A stretch of DNA of 64,000 nucleotides from Eledone cirrhosa (lineage: Eukaryota): assembly GCA_964016885.1 (NCBI GenBank), contig OZ024741.1:98642001-98706000 (forward strand), in the 5' to 3' direction. Of the stretch, positions 1-12,330 are shown one piece after another. The notes beneath the pieces are model-generated. The model saw nothing but the letters and a program-made list of their open reading frames with translations, did not search any database and was not told where the DNA came from. The position numbers and the translations under genes were made by a program. Numbering within the stretch: position 1 is the first letter of the stretch; each line of letters opens with the position of its first letter.

Positions 1-124
1 ATAAGACTGCTAATGCTTGACTACCGTGGGTTAAACAACAGCAACAACTACCTTAATAATATTAGAAAAGGGCCAGTAATTTGTGAGGGGAAAGTAACTA
101 AAACATTATTTCGTCGACAATGTA

Positions 125-316
125 GGGCGGTGAATTAGCAGTACAGTATCGGTAGAGCGTCGGACACCATGCTTTGTGGCATTGAGTTACGACCCTTTAC
201 GGTCTGAGTTCAAATCCCGCTGAGGTTAACTTTACCTTTCATTCATACAGGATCGATAAAATAAAGCACCAGTAACGTACTGGGGTCGATTTAATCGACT
301 TTCCCCTCCCTACAAA
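125..316 (+). mobile_element. tRNA-derived SINE (dominant family in the window)
   Basis: A-box-like TAGCAG..CGGTAGAGCG, B-box GAGTTCAAATCCC, conserved body CCTTTCAT..GATCGATAAAATAAAG.ACCAG shared with about 20 copies in the window. Confidence 0.85.
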
Positions 317-896
317 GTTATCGTCGGTGGTATTTGAACTCAGAAGGTAGAGGATCGTAACGAAATACTATAAAACATTTCGTCCGAGGTTCTGACGACT
401 CTGTCTTTCTAATATTAGTAGCTGTCATTAGTTAGTCATTCTAATAAATATTTAATACTTTTTTGGTCGACTCCCTATTTCGCTTTACTTCACCAAATTC
501 TTAATAAAATCGATGCATGGTACCTCCAGCATAGCTAAGCTTTGGGGTGAGTGTTAATTAGAATTTCTAACTTTAGTATCAAGCTACAAGTTTCTAGGGG
601 AATATGTAAAATCGATAAATCAATACTATTATATGAACGTTGCAAGTTATTATTTTTTTAATCTAGTACGGAGAGATGAAAGGCAAAGTGAAAGCCGGTG
701 GGAATTGAACTCTGAATTTATAGAGATGGAAGTAAATACAACGCACAAAGCGTTTCGATTGTCACTCTGCCATTTCTGTTACTCCGCCGCTTCAATCTAT
801 AGATATAATGTTAGTAATGGACCTCAAATAGACAAAGCTTATGGACTACTTAACCCCTCTATTTCTTTCTTTCTGTACACATGCATACATACACAA

Positions 897-951
<55 letters not shown>

Positions 952-953
<2 letters not shown>

Positions 954-1712
954 AATACAATATCAGAGAAAGCTTTTTAGCGATACTCCGGCCAAATTCC
1001 AACTCACTCAACAAACATTAGGAAATAAGTGATTATATTCCTAATTATGCGTTCGGGGTGTTAACTAAAAGTATTGCGTGGAAAATTGGCTGTATTATTT
1101 CATATGAGACATATCGAATATATCTCTTCCCAGACGGACGTCTCGTTTCATTATAGGATTCCTACAATTTGGGTGAAATTATACCAATTTATGCAGGAGC
1201 TTGTATACCATCAATAGATATATATTCAAGTGGGCTCCTATAATTCATCAGTGGGTGCCCCAATAATACTAATATTGATAATCTAACCAACATTTAGCGA
1301 TAATCATCATCAGTGCCTGAGGTATCTGTCAGGTTGCTAGTCCAGCAGTTCTAAAGAAATGCTCAAACTGATTCAAAAATGAGGAAGTAAATTACCGCGA
1401 AAATAAACAATACATGCGCATGACAATGAACTCTAAAAGAAATTCAGGCCACGTGCTAGAACTCAATTGGAAATTGAAAAAATATCTATGTGTGTACGAC
1501 ATTTGATGACACACACAGATATTTTCTCGGGCAAAATAACAGAATGAGATATAAGGAACAATCAATATTCATATATAAAAAAATAAACAAAGAAAGCCTA
1601 ACCTTATACCGGGAATTTCAAATTTGCTGCACAAGAGTAAATAAATAAATACAATATCGGAGAAAGCTTTTTAGCGATACTCCAGTCAAATTCCAACTCA
1701 CTCAACAAACAA
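952..1712 (-). mobile_element. Non-coding PLE pLTR-like or retrozyme-like element with ~65-bp terminal direct repeats and HHR motifs
   Basis: TAAATACAATATC.GAGAAAGCTTTTTAGCGATACTCC...CAACTCACTCAACAAACA at 952-1018 and 1645-1712; (TA)n on both sides; internal HHR. Confidence 0.65.
1129..1255 (-). ncRNA. Type I hammerhead ribozyme with long stem II
   Basis: Minus strand: CCCA-CTGATGA-ATTATAGGA...TCCTATAAT-GAAA-CG-AGACGTC-CG-TC-TGGG; complete core, GUC site, palindrome GACGTC in loop III. Confidence 0.8.
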
Positions 1713-1730
1713 TATATACATATATATATA

Positions 1731-2125
1731 TTGGAAAATGTGTGAAATCCTTGGTACAGTTATGTATATTTAGAAAAAAAGAAAATGACTTCACTTGTAG
1801 TTCTAAATAATTGTTTCTACTTTTGGTACAAGGCCATCAATTACCCCAGAGCATTACTGGTACTTTATTTTATCGACTCCGTAAGGATGAAAGGCAAAGT
1901 TATCCACGGCGGGATTTGAACTCAGACCATAAAGGACGTAATTCTATGCTGCAAAGCATAGCATCCGACCCTCTACTGATACTGCCATTCCAAAATAATG
2001 TAAATTAGTTTTATATTATAATTTTACAAGTTGGTTTGGTAGATCTAGACCTACCAAACCAAATTGTAAAATTGTAATAATAAAAATTAAATTAAATTAT
2101 TTAGAACTACAAGTGAATTCATTAT
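1731..2125. mobile_element. Fold-back element between (TA)n tracts, left arm interrupted by a SINE
   Basis: Palindrome centred on AGATCT (~2044): TTCACTTGTAGTTCTAAATAA / TTATTTAGAACTACAAGTGAA; related sequence at 2203-2290. Confidence 0.6.
1808..1991 (-). mobile_element. tRNA-derived SINE
   Basis: Reverse complement of family consensus; possible TSD AAATAAT. Confidence 0.85.
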
Positions 2126-2207
<82 letters not shown>

Positions 2208-2414
2208 AAATGTGTGTAATCCTTGGTACAGTTAGGTATATTAAGACGGGGGAAGAAAAAATGGCTTCACTTGTGCTTTCAACAAATTTATTTTCTTCAT
2301 ATTGCACATTGAGCACATGCATTTACGCTTTGGCTTCTAATTAATTCACCAATCACTCCTCCCCTATCTCCTCTCCTATCTCTATCTCTCTCTTTAAGAT
2401 TGGTTACTCTTGAA

Positions 2415-2483
<69 letters not shown>

Positions 2484-2487
<4 letters not shown>

Positions 2488-5400
2488 AAAGAATAGAGGT
2501 GTAACACACAAGTTATGATATATTGGTAAACGGAAAAGAAAATGCTGACAAATTGTTCACAGTCAAAAATAGTTTAATTAGGAATAAGTGAGAATTAGTA
2601 ATAGTATTGGTTAGTATTCAGCTTTGGTTTTATGTTTTACCGGTTGCGCATTTCTAATGCTTTTCAAAAATAATTTTAAGATAGAGCATCCGTGATGTTT
2701 GCTCTAATCTGATTAGTTTTGGAAATTCTACCTGTTTTTATGTTAAAAAAGTGGCTCCAGCGGTATTAAAATAAGTTTTGCGCCAATTCGTGTTGCAAAA
2801 ATTCTTGTGGTCAAAACAATTTTGATTGGTCGGTAGAGGTCATGTGAATGTTAAAAATTGATTTTGCGCCAATTGTAGATTTGTGTCGGCTGATTAAGAA
2901 GTCACGTAAAAATAAGTCTTTCAAAACAAATATGTGTGTGTGTGTAGTAGTAGTAGTAGTAGTAGTAGTAAAGAGGTTCGTTGTTGTGATAATGGTCAGC
3001 AGGGATGTGTGTGCCAACCGTAGCCTGTTGACAGTTCAAATGCCTATTTGACAAGTGTGTGTGTGTGTGTGTAGCAGAGTAATTCGTGGTAGAGGGATGG
3101 TCAGTAGGAATGTGTCTGTAAGGGTGTGGGGGATATTTTAACATGTTAAAAGATATTTTTCAGCTCTTGTCTTATACGGAGAAGTGTGTGTGTGTGGGTA
3201 TATGTCTCTTTGTATGTTAATGTACGCGTGTGTATGTGTGTGTGTATATATGTGCGTGTGTTCGTATACACGTGTCTGCGCATACACGTGTGTCTGTGTG
3301 TGTGAGAATGTGTGTGTGTGTGTGTGTGTGGACCAGTAATTATTTTTGTGGTACTGGTGAAATGGTGTACATTATTCGATATTTTCAGTACAATCGATTC
3401 TCTCAATAGAACATCAAAAACCTTAATAATAAAAGGTGTGAAATGATATATAGTATTGGCATAATACCAAGGTGTGTGTGAGTGTGTCCAGATTGTACGT
3501 ACTGCAAGGGGAATCCATTAGGCCTTGCCGTATTTGAATACCTGTGTACAAATATGTATATGGAGTGTGTCCAGAAATTGTATACCTGTGTACAAATTGT
3601 ATACTTGTGTACAAATTGTACACATGTATCTGGAGTGTGTCCAGAAATTGTATACTTGTGTATAAATATGTATCTGGAGTGTGTCCAGATTGTACGTACT
3701 GCAAGGGGAATCCATTAGGCCTTGCCGTATTGGAATACTTCTGTACAAATATTTATGTGCTCATCAGTGTGCAATGCATGTGTGCGTTTATGTATGTGTG
3801 TGTGTCGGCACGTTTATATCTATAGACATCAAAAGGTATGCAAATTTGTGTATATTTGTGTTGCACCATAGAACATGTGTGTTTACGTATGTCATTGTGT
3901 TTATATGTGGGTAGAGATGTATGTTGATGTAGGTATGTATGTTGACGTGTGTATGTTGTGGGTTCGTCTTAGGGAGAAGTGTTTAGACGGGGTCCGTATT
4001 TGTTAATGAAGTAAGATTCCTTGCTGATGCACTGGGTGTGGGTGGCATTATGTTTAAATTTATAGAGCGGAAAGATTCTGAAGTTGGGATGATTTAGGGC
4101 GGCACAGGTATCAATGTGTTCACTCAGTGGTATTTTCCTGTATTCCCGTATTTTGACACCATCCTCCAGAACATCCCTGTGTTGAAAAAGGACCATAGAA
4201 TGAACCAAATCCTACGAACACACGATATCATAAAGAGCAAAAGACAATCTAAGTCAATGAAAACCATCCTAACACATGCCAAATTACTGCCAACCACAAC
4301 AACGAAACCCACAGTAAAAAAATGCGATAGACCCAACTGTGGCATATGCATCAACCTAATAGAGGTTTCGGAATTCTATTTCAAAGAAGGACAACGTTTT
4401 ATAGTAAAACACAATTTTACATGCGCATCAGAAAATCTAATATATATATTAACTTGCTCAGGTTGTCGAGAACAATACATAGGCCAGACTAAAAACAGCC
4501 TTCGCCAACGCATGACTGTCCATAGATCCCAAATTAAAATACGGGAATACAGGAAAATACCACTGAGTGAACACATTGATACCTGTGCCGCCCCAAATCA
4601 TCCCAACTTCAGAATCTTTCCCCTCTACAAATTTAAAGATAATGCCACCCACACCCAGCGCATCAGCAAGGAATCTTACTTTATTAATAAATACGGACCC
4701 CGTCTAAACACTTCTCCCTAAGACGAACCCACAACATACACACGTCAGCATAATACCTACATCAGCATACATCTCTACCCACATATAAACACAATGACAT
4801 ACGTAAACACACATGTTCTATGGTACAACACAAATATACACAAATTTGCATACATTTTGATGTCTATAGATATAAACGTGCCGACACACACACATACATA
4901 AACGCACACATGCATTGCACACTGATGAGCACATACATATTTGTACACAAGTATTCCAATACGGCATGGCCTAATGGATTCCCCTTGCAGTACGTACAAT
5001 CTGGACACACTCCAGATCCATATTTGTACACAAGTATACAATTTCTGGACACATTCCAGATACATGTGTACAATTTGTACACAAGTATACAATTTGTACA
5101 CAGGTATACAATTTTTTCTGGACACACTCCAGATACATATTTGTACACAGGTATTCCAATACGGCAAGGCCTAATGGATTCCCCTTGCAGTACGTACAAT
5201 CTGGACACACTCACACACACCTTGGTATTATGCCAATACTATATATCATTTCACACCTTTTATTATTAAGGTTTTTGATGTTCTATTGAGAGAATCGATT
5301 TTACTGAAAATATCGAATAATGTACACCATTTCACCAGTACCACAAAAATAATTACTGGTTCACACACACACACACACATTCTCACACACACACACACAC

Positions 5401-6220
5401 GTGTATGCGCACACACGCACTTATATACACACACACACACGCGTACATTAACATACAAAGAGACATACACACACACATACACACACACACACACACACAT
5501 ACACACACACACACATACACAAACACACACACACTTCTCCGTATAAGACAAGAGCTGAAAAATATCTTTTAACATGTTAAAATATCCCCCACACCCTTAC
5601 AGATACATTCCTACTGACCATCCCTCTACCACGAATTACTCTGCTACACACACACACACACACACACACTTGTCTTAATAGGCATTTGAACTGTCAACAG
5701 GCTGCGGTTGACACTCACATCCCTGCTGACCATTATCACAACAACGAACCTCTTTACTACTACTACACACACACATATTTATTTTGAAAGACTTATTTTT
5801 AAGTGACTTCTCAATCAGCCGACACAAACCTACATTTGGCGCAAAATCAATTTTTAACATTCACATGACCTCTACCAACCAATCAAAATTGTTTTGACCA
5901 CAAGAATTTTTGCAACACGAATTGGCGCAAAACTTATTTTAATACCGGTGGAGCCACTTTTTTAACATAAAAACAGGTAGATTTTCCAAAACTAATCAGA
6001 TCAGAGCAAACATCACGGACCCTCTATCTCAAAATTAATTTTGAAAAGCATTAGAAATGCGCAACCGGTAAAACTTAAAACCAAAGCTGAATACTATCCA
6101 ATGCTATTACTAATTCTCACTTATTCCTAATTAAACTATTTTTCACTGTTAACAATTTGTCAGCATTTTCTTTTCCGTTTAACAATATATCATAACTTGT
6201 GTGTTACACCTCTATTCTTT

Positions 6221-6224
<4 letters not shown>
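2484..6224. mobile_element. 5'-truncated Penelope-like element as a large inverted repeat (arms 2484-4154 and 4536-6224)
   Basis: ~1.7-kb reverse-complementary arms, GIY-YIG coding sequence in spacer and right arm, (TA)n on both sides. Confidence 0.9.
4116..4721 (+). pseudogene. C-terminal fragment of PLE ORF: Cys-rich linker plus GIY-YIG endonuclease (Neptune-like)
   Basis: KKCDRPNCGIC linker, LIYILTCSGCREQYIGQT..LRQRM..H, terminal ESYFI..YGPRLN; first ~13 codons come from the inverted arm; RT domain absent. Confidence 0.9.
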
Positions 6225-6301
<77 letters not shown>

Positions 6302-6312
6302 GTATATGTATG

Positions 6313-6347
<35 letters not shown>

Positions 6348-6350
6348 ATG

Positions 6351-6403
<53 letters not shown>

Positions 6404-6647
6404 TCCGGTTTATCTTAATTGGCACAAATTGTACAATTTGGTCCTCAGGGTTAACGAAATATACGTATCCGGTATGTCGCAGTTGTAGTAACTGACCTTG
6501 ACATTCATATATATATATGCATATTGGAATTTCGTATTTCTAAAGAAATGCGGTATCTTTATCAATAAACATTTAAAAAGCGGTAGCTATGCAAAAACAC
6601 CTGCAGCTATCGCCACCTAGCGGTATCTAGCAGAAGCAAGAGGGACA

Positions 6648-6691
6648 ATCGTCGATGCATTTCGAACTGAAGTGGTACTCATCAGGACGAT
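6648..6691 (-). ncRNA. Minimal type I hammerhead ribozyme
   Basis: Minus strand: ATCGTC-CTGATGA-GTAC.CACTTCA.GTTC-GAAA-TGCA-TC-GACGAT; palindromic stem III. Confidence 0.8.
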
Positions 6692-6874
6692 CCCTCCCGC
6701 TCTTGCCACTGCTGGACTTGAAGACAAGCTGAGAATATATGGTTTTCTCGTCTGTGTAAATGAGGTGATTAATATCATTTGCATATGAAGCTGCATAAGT
6801 TGGCTCAACTTATAATAGAAGCTAAATTCTAATTCTATTGTTTTCAAAATCCAGCAGTTACAAGAGAGGGAGGG

Positions 6875-6918
6875 ATCGTCCTGATGTGAACCAGTTCAGT
6901 TCGAAATGCATCGACGAT
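6875..6918 (+). ncRNA. Minimal type I hammerhead ribozyme with one core substitution
   Basis: ATCGTC-CTGATGT-GAAC.CAGTTCA.GTTC-GAAA-TGCA-TC-GACGAT. Confidence 0.7.
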
Positions 6919-7110
6919 TGTCCTCCTTAATTCTGCTGGACACCACCAGTTGGCAATAGCTGCCGGTGTTTTTGCATTACTACGGCTTTCTAAATATTTA
7001 TTTATAAACATACCGTATTTCTTTATAAATACGAAATTCCAATACATATCTGTATACAGCTATGCTCGAAGCTAAATTCCAATTATATACATATATATAT
7101 ATATATAATT

Positions 7111-7168
7111 GGTCCAGAATTAGCCGTCGAAACGGCTTGAGCTCAGCCGTCGGGGTCTTACTTGTTCC

Positions 7169-7170
<2 letters not shown>
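7111..7170 (+). mobile_element. Single-arm fragment of the GACCCCGACGGCTGAGCTC PLE-end family
   Basis: Matches arms at 20285, 27818, 29935, 44156, 55620; ends at GTTCC-(TA)n. Confidence 0.75.
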
Positions 7171-7244
<74 letters not shown>

Positions 7245-7566
7245 TATCTATGCAAAACTTCAATATCAGTTATAGACTAAATATCTCGCCTTAGTAATAT
7301 TTCGTGCTGATTATAGAATTAGTGTGCTATTGAAGTATCGTATCGTCCGAAGCAAATCAAGTTTGAGATCACAGGTCCCCACCGGAATACAGTGGTTATT
7401 ATTACATTTACACAAGCTCACGCCTGCACATTCTCAAACTTACACTCACACACCGGCACAGAACACCTACGTTATTCACAGTCAAACTCTATACATATAA
7501 GTACAAATAAACACTTCATATATGATACAGTCGCGCAACTTAACTAAACACCCACTGTACACATAT

Positions 7567-7597
<31 letters not shown>

Positions 7598-7930
7598 ACC
7601 TACTTATTCCTGGGAAGGTCGTGCGAGCAGAATTTTCAAGCCTTGTAGTGGGTCCTGGCAGAAGCAACTGTGTCCGATTGATGCGGCTGGATCCCCATGC
7701 AAGTCCAGTCGAGCTCAAGAATGTTATCCAACCAGGTTGCTTGAGTTGTATGTCTTGGTTACCTGTCGGTTGGTTTTTGCCCATAAAATAAGTCCATCGA
7801 TCCTTTCTTGAGAAATACTATCCATATGCCCATAATATCGGACCTACGATCCCTCAATACAGAGAAGTAACGGCTCGATCTGGAGTGCCTCTCTGATCTC
7901 TATCGAGTAACGCACCATATCGAGTAAGCA
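7567..7930 (-). mobile_element. LINE 3' end with (AAG)n tail, probably RTE-like, decayed
   Basis: Similar to 21470-21710 (+); (CTT)n tail at 7567-7596. Confidence 0.55.
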
Positions 7931-7939
7931 GTGCTCGGC

Positions 7940-8423
7940 ACGAGAACCAGTTGAGTTTGAAATGCATCAACGATTGTTCCCCTTGCTTCTGCCGAGCACC
8001 GCTTGCTGGCGTTAGCTGTCAGTGTTTTTCATAGTTATGACTTTCTAAATGTTTATTTATAAACATACCGTATTTCTTTAAAAATACGCGATTCAAATAC
8101 ATATTTGTATGCAGCTATGTTCGACGCTAAATGCTAATTCTGTTTTATATTAAGTTGAGCGAACTTATACAGCTTCATATTCAAATGAGATTAATCACCT
8201 CATTTACTATATATTTTCGCCTGCTTTCAAAGTCCGGCAGTTGCAAGATCGAGAGAGATCATCCTGACGAGAACCAGTTAAGTTGGAAATATATCGACAA
8301 TTGTCCGCCTTGCTTCTGCGGAGCAGTGCTTTGTGGCGTTAGCTGCCAGTGTTTTTCTTAGTTATGGCTTTCTAAATGTGTAATTATAAACATACCATAT
8401 TTCTTTAGAAATACGAAATTCAA

Positions 8424-8425
<2 letters not shown>
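7940..8425 (+). mobile_element. About 1.5 tandem units (period ~328 bp) of the same HHR repeat family as 6519-7083
   Basis: GAGAACCAGTT recurs at ~7942 and ~8269; HHR motif ATCATC-CTGACGA-GAAC..GTTG-GAAA-TATA-TC-GACAAT at 8258-8301. Confidence 0.75.
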
Positions 8426-8475
<50 letters not shown>

Positions 8476-8479
<4 letters not shown>

Positions 8480-8765
8480 AATGTATGTGTGTATGTGAGT
8501 GTGGTGGTGGTGGTGGTGGGGGGATATATTTATTGAACGATATCTAAATATGTCTCCTTGTTTTATAACTCGTTGCTTCATCTGGTGTATAGAGCACTGG
8601 ATTTTTAATTCCTTTTCGTATCTACCTACTATTTTTTGTTATTACTAGCCATTTACATATCCTTCTGTACGTCATTGCCTGTGTATGCAGACCTGCCAAC
8701 TTCTAACAAGCCAAACCGGAGTACCATGAAAAAAAAGTGCCCCAAAATGGAGATATTTTTACATA
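8476..8765 (+). repeat. ~290-bp direct duplication, partner at 12126-12407
   Basis: GGGATATATTTATTGAACGATATCTAAATATGTCT...CCCAAAATGG.GATATTTTTACATA at both sites. Confidence 0.85.
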
Positions 8766-9470
8766 TTTTTACCCTTATTATATATATATATATATATATA
8801 GTTTTTATTTTAATGAAATCTGACATAAGCTTCATTACAGTTGTTTAAGTGGCACCCGATGGTGAGAAGATTAGATTTCTTTATTAAAATTTAATCTGAA
8901 TTACATAACAAAATTTAAAGATTTTTCATGTTTTTTTTTTATCTTTTTTATTAAAAAATATGTATTTCAAGAATTTGCTCATTTAAATCTTTAAATGTAT
9001 GTGATTAGGTGATTCGTCTGTGTGTGTGCCTCCGGGTATACAATCTGTTTTAAGTATACAATTTTATAGGCACACATACACATATGTTTCCTTTTTAAAA
9101 TTTATCTTGATATGTTTTTATAGTGACAATTCTAAATATAAGATAATTGTGAAAATCCTTTACCAAATTTTGGTTCTGAAAATTGGACAAAAATTAAAAA
9201 TATATAATCAGTTTGAATCTCTAGTGAAAGATTGGTTGCAATTGATCTTACTTTCTGAAAATTCTAAATTTAAATTTTAAAATATATTTTAAAATAATTT
9301 TAACTTATGATTAAGAAGCACATTTTTTATTCTTATAGATATATGTAAACATTAGTATAAATCGTCAGTGTAAATTTATTTTACATACCATTTTGTGTTT
9401 AGAAACTATGTTTCTGTTTGTCTATCACCCATAACTTCTCAGGGACGAAATAAAACAATCAAAATATAAT

Positions 9471-9653
9471 TGTTTCTACTTTTGGCACAAGGCCATTAAT
9501 TATCACAGTGCATTATTGGTACTTTATTTCATTGACCCCGTAAGGATGAAAGGCAAAGTTAACCTCGACGGGATTTGAACTCAGACCGTAAACGGACGTA
9601 ACTGTGCTGAAAAGCATGGCGTCCGACCCTCCACCGATACTGCCAATTCACCG
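9471..9653 (-). mobile_element. tRNA-derived SINE with 13-bp TSD
   Basis: Family consensus; ATCAAAATATAAT at 9458-9470 and 9654-9666. Confidence 0.9.
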
Positions 9654-9799
9654 ATCAAAATATAATGATGTTACAGTAGAGTTCAAGAACGCGAAGTGGA
9701 AAGACATCAGTAGCAGCTGAAACAGACAGAAACATCTTGACAGCTAAAAGAAACCGTGTGACTAAAGTACGGTTAAATAAATTAAAGAAGGAAAGAGGC

Positions 9800-10270
9800 C
9801 ACCTTGTAACGAAATCAAAATTACTATTGCTTTGACCTGTGCCTTCTGCATGAACATCCAGATGTGAAGGATGTTGATGTAGAAGGCCAGATGCACGCCT
9901 CCTTGATCAAGTTTGTAATGTGCCAATCGGGATACAAGAGGCCGAGGCCACTTTGATCCATCCAAACCAACATGAGGTAGTAGGAACCCATGTAAGAATG
10001 CCGGACAGCCGATTGAAAACCGTTTTCTAAACCACAGGACAACCTTCAGATATCCGAAATGAAATATTAAACACTAAACTTGCAAGCCATGTGAGGGACT
10101 TTAAAGACAAAGATCTGACACTATGCAAATAGATAAAGGACGTGTGAATTGTGTATGACAAAAAGATGGAATATTCTTAAAAAGCTACACACTTCCACCA
10201 ACTCTCTGAACACGAAAGAAAAGTTCGTCAGTCACCGCCTTCACACCCACAAAGTCATTCTAAAGAGCTG
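9800..10270 (+). pseudogene. Decayed PLE GIY-YIG endonuclease region
   Basis: Manual translation gives IENRFLNHRTTFRYPK, TKLASHVRDFKDK and LNTKEKFVSHRLHTHKVIL, resembling PLE C-termini; stops and frameshifts present. Confidence 0.6.
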
Positions 10271-10797
10271 AAGAAATCCGCTGTTTCTATATTAAAAGAC
10301 TCTTATACCTTATATCCCACTCACTGATATCACCTATCAATTTACCGGTGGACTTTCTCCTCGAATTCAATAATGTTTTCTATTTTAACTTGATACGCAA
10401 TCTAAAGCAGTAAGCTGCCTTATTGTTCTCAGAAGCTTTATTTTCTTCTCACACTACTTTCGGCTCTCTGCTCTCTGAGTTCAAATTCCAACGAGGTCAG
10501 CTTTACCTTTCATCCATTCAAAGTCGATAAAAAATGTGCCAGCCATGTACTGGTGTCGATTCTTCCTCTTTCTCACTTCCATTCTCTAACTCTTTATCCT
10601 TCTCTAGAAGAAATCTGCTGTATAGAGGATTTCGCTGTATAGAGGATTTTTATATTGCCCTAGAAACGCTGTATGTCAAGGAATTTCAACAATCCGGCCT
10701 CATGTCACTTTATTCAATAACAATTAAGTCCGTTCCCGCACCACCAACAGAATCTTACATTAAAGATGAATGAGTTGTTTTTCGTCCGACGTTAACA

Positions 10798-10831
<34 letters not shown>

Positions 10832-10839
<8 letters not shown>

Positions 10840-11070
10840 GAAAACACAGGTAAGCATTAAGAGAAGGATTTAATCCTTCGTAAATACCTGGATTAAATCC
10901 TTCTCTTAATGCTTACCTGTGTTTTCTCTTTTATACTTTATACTCCAAGATTGAACGGAATTCTTACAAACTTGTGGAGTTACCCCTAACCGTACGTTGA
11001 AACCATCCATGAAACTGGCTTTCTTAACCAAAAACTGGATCACAATAAGCAATTATTTGCCTCTCTAATT
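10832..11070 (+). mobile_element. Short fold-back element with unpaired tail in (TA)n
   Basis: AAAAGAGAAAACACAGGTAAGCATTAAGAGAAGGATTTAATCC / GGATTAAATCCTTCTCTTAATGCTTACCTGTGTTTTCTCTTTT, then ~135-bp tail. Confidence 0.7.
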
Positions 11071-11248
11071 ATATATATATATATATTGTTATACTTTGGG
11101 AGGGTCATGTTGCCAATAAGAAACACACGCACCAGTTGCTTTCACTTCAATTTATTATATATTTATAAATTTATAAATTTACAAATCTACAAATTTATAA
11201 ATTTCTGGTTGGTTGGTTGGTTCCACAACCAGATAGTTGTTTATATAT

Positions 11249-11293
11249 AGTCATAGTCCTTTCGTCACACACTCTGTGACCTCTTCAGTGACT
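11249..11293 (-). ncRNA. Minimal type I hammerhead ribozyme in PLE 3' UTR
   Basis: Minus strand: AGTCA-CTGAAGA-G-GTCAC.AGAGTGT.GTGAC-GAAA-GGAC-TA-TGACT. Confidence 0.8.
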
Positions 11294-11497
11294 GGGGATT
11301 CCTTTCTTTGTTTCTGTGCCTTTCCTTTCTTCTGTCCTACGCCATTTTGTTTCTGTGTGTGTGTTGTGTGCTCAGTTTGCGCATGCGCCACATCCGGGTG
11401 TCTGTGTGTGTTTGTGTTCATTTATCTATTTGTTTATTTATTTACATGTTATTGGTTGGTTGTTTGTTCTATGTGTGTGTGTGTTTTCATTTTGTAC

Positions 11498-11815
11498 TTA
11501 ATTGTAAGTTGTGATGTTGCTGTTCCACTCATATTTTCTATTTAATTTTGGTTGTAATTCTTTTATGTTTATTGCCTCTGTAATTTGTCTAAACATTGCA
11601 TCTTTTCTGTGTGTAGATTCTATTTTTATTTCTGTGTTCTCTAATTTACCCTTGTGTTCTATCTTAGCATGTTGGTAGAGTACAGATGATTCTTTATTAT
11701 CTTGAAGGTCTCGCCAGTGTTCATTTATCCGTTCCCCTATACTACGAGCTGTCTCACCTATGTACACTATATTTTTGTTTCTACATTGTCCTTCAGTACA
11801 TCTTATGCTATACAC
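11498..11815 (-). pseudogene. GIY-YIG endonuclease domain of a PLE
   Basis: YSIRC...VYIGETARSIGERINEH...SSVLYQH...RQITEAINI...PKLNR. Confidence 0.9.
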
Positions 11816-12330
11816 TACATTTCTAGTTTTACAGTTAATATGGGGGCTTATTTTACAGGTTATAAATTTCTTATCTATACATGAGGGTCTTTGGAACGGG
11901 TATGTATTGCTAATAAGTGTTTTTACGGAGGTACCAGGTACGAATTAGCTTTAACGCCTTGAACAAATATTATTAAATATTCACTTTGCGCGAATAACGC
12001 GCTGTAACGCGTTTTTTTTGTTGTTGTTTTTTTTTTTGTTTTTTTCATTTATCAGAAAATTATACTGGAATTACGCGAATTTGCTTTATGCGAACACATC
12101 TTCGCGTAAAAATGGAACACCCAGTATATTGAATGTATGTGTGTATGTGAGTGGGGGGGGGGGATATATTTATTGAACGATATCTAAATATGTCTTCTTG
12201 TTTTATAACTCGTTACTTCATCTGGTGTATAGAGCACTGGATTTTTAATTCATCTTCGTATCTACCTACTATTTTTTTTTGTTATTACTAGCTATTGACA
12301 TATCCTTCTGTACGTCATTGGCTGTGTATG

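Larger units (their letters stand above)
6519..7083. mobile_element. Divergent inverted pair of a ~330-bp HHR-bearing repeat, between (TA)n tracts
   Basis: 6520-6725 is the diverged reverse complement of 6844-7046; each arm has an HHR motif. Confidence 0.8.
11086..11935 (-). mobile_element. 5'-truncated Penelope-like element (GIY-YIG, 3' UTR with HHR, AATAAA, ends at (TA)n)
   Basis: GIY-YIG ORF, HHR at 11249-11293, TTTATT at 11151. Confidence 0.85.

Noticed and set aside
5940-6072. Possible HHR in the large Penelope arms (GAAATGCGCAACCGGTA with upstream TACCG)
   Set aside because: Core reads CTGGAG or GTGGAG and the NUH triplet is absent in both arms; at most a degenerate or non-canonical motif.
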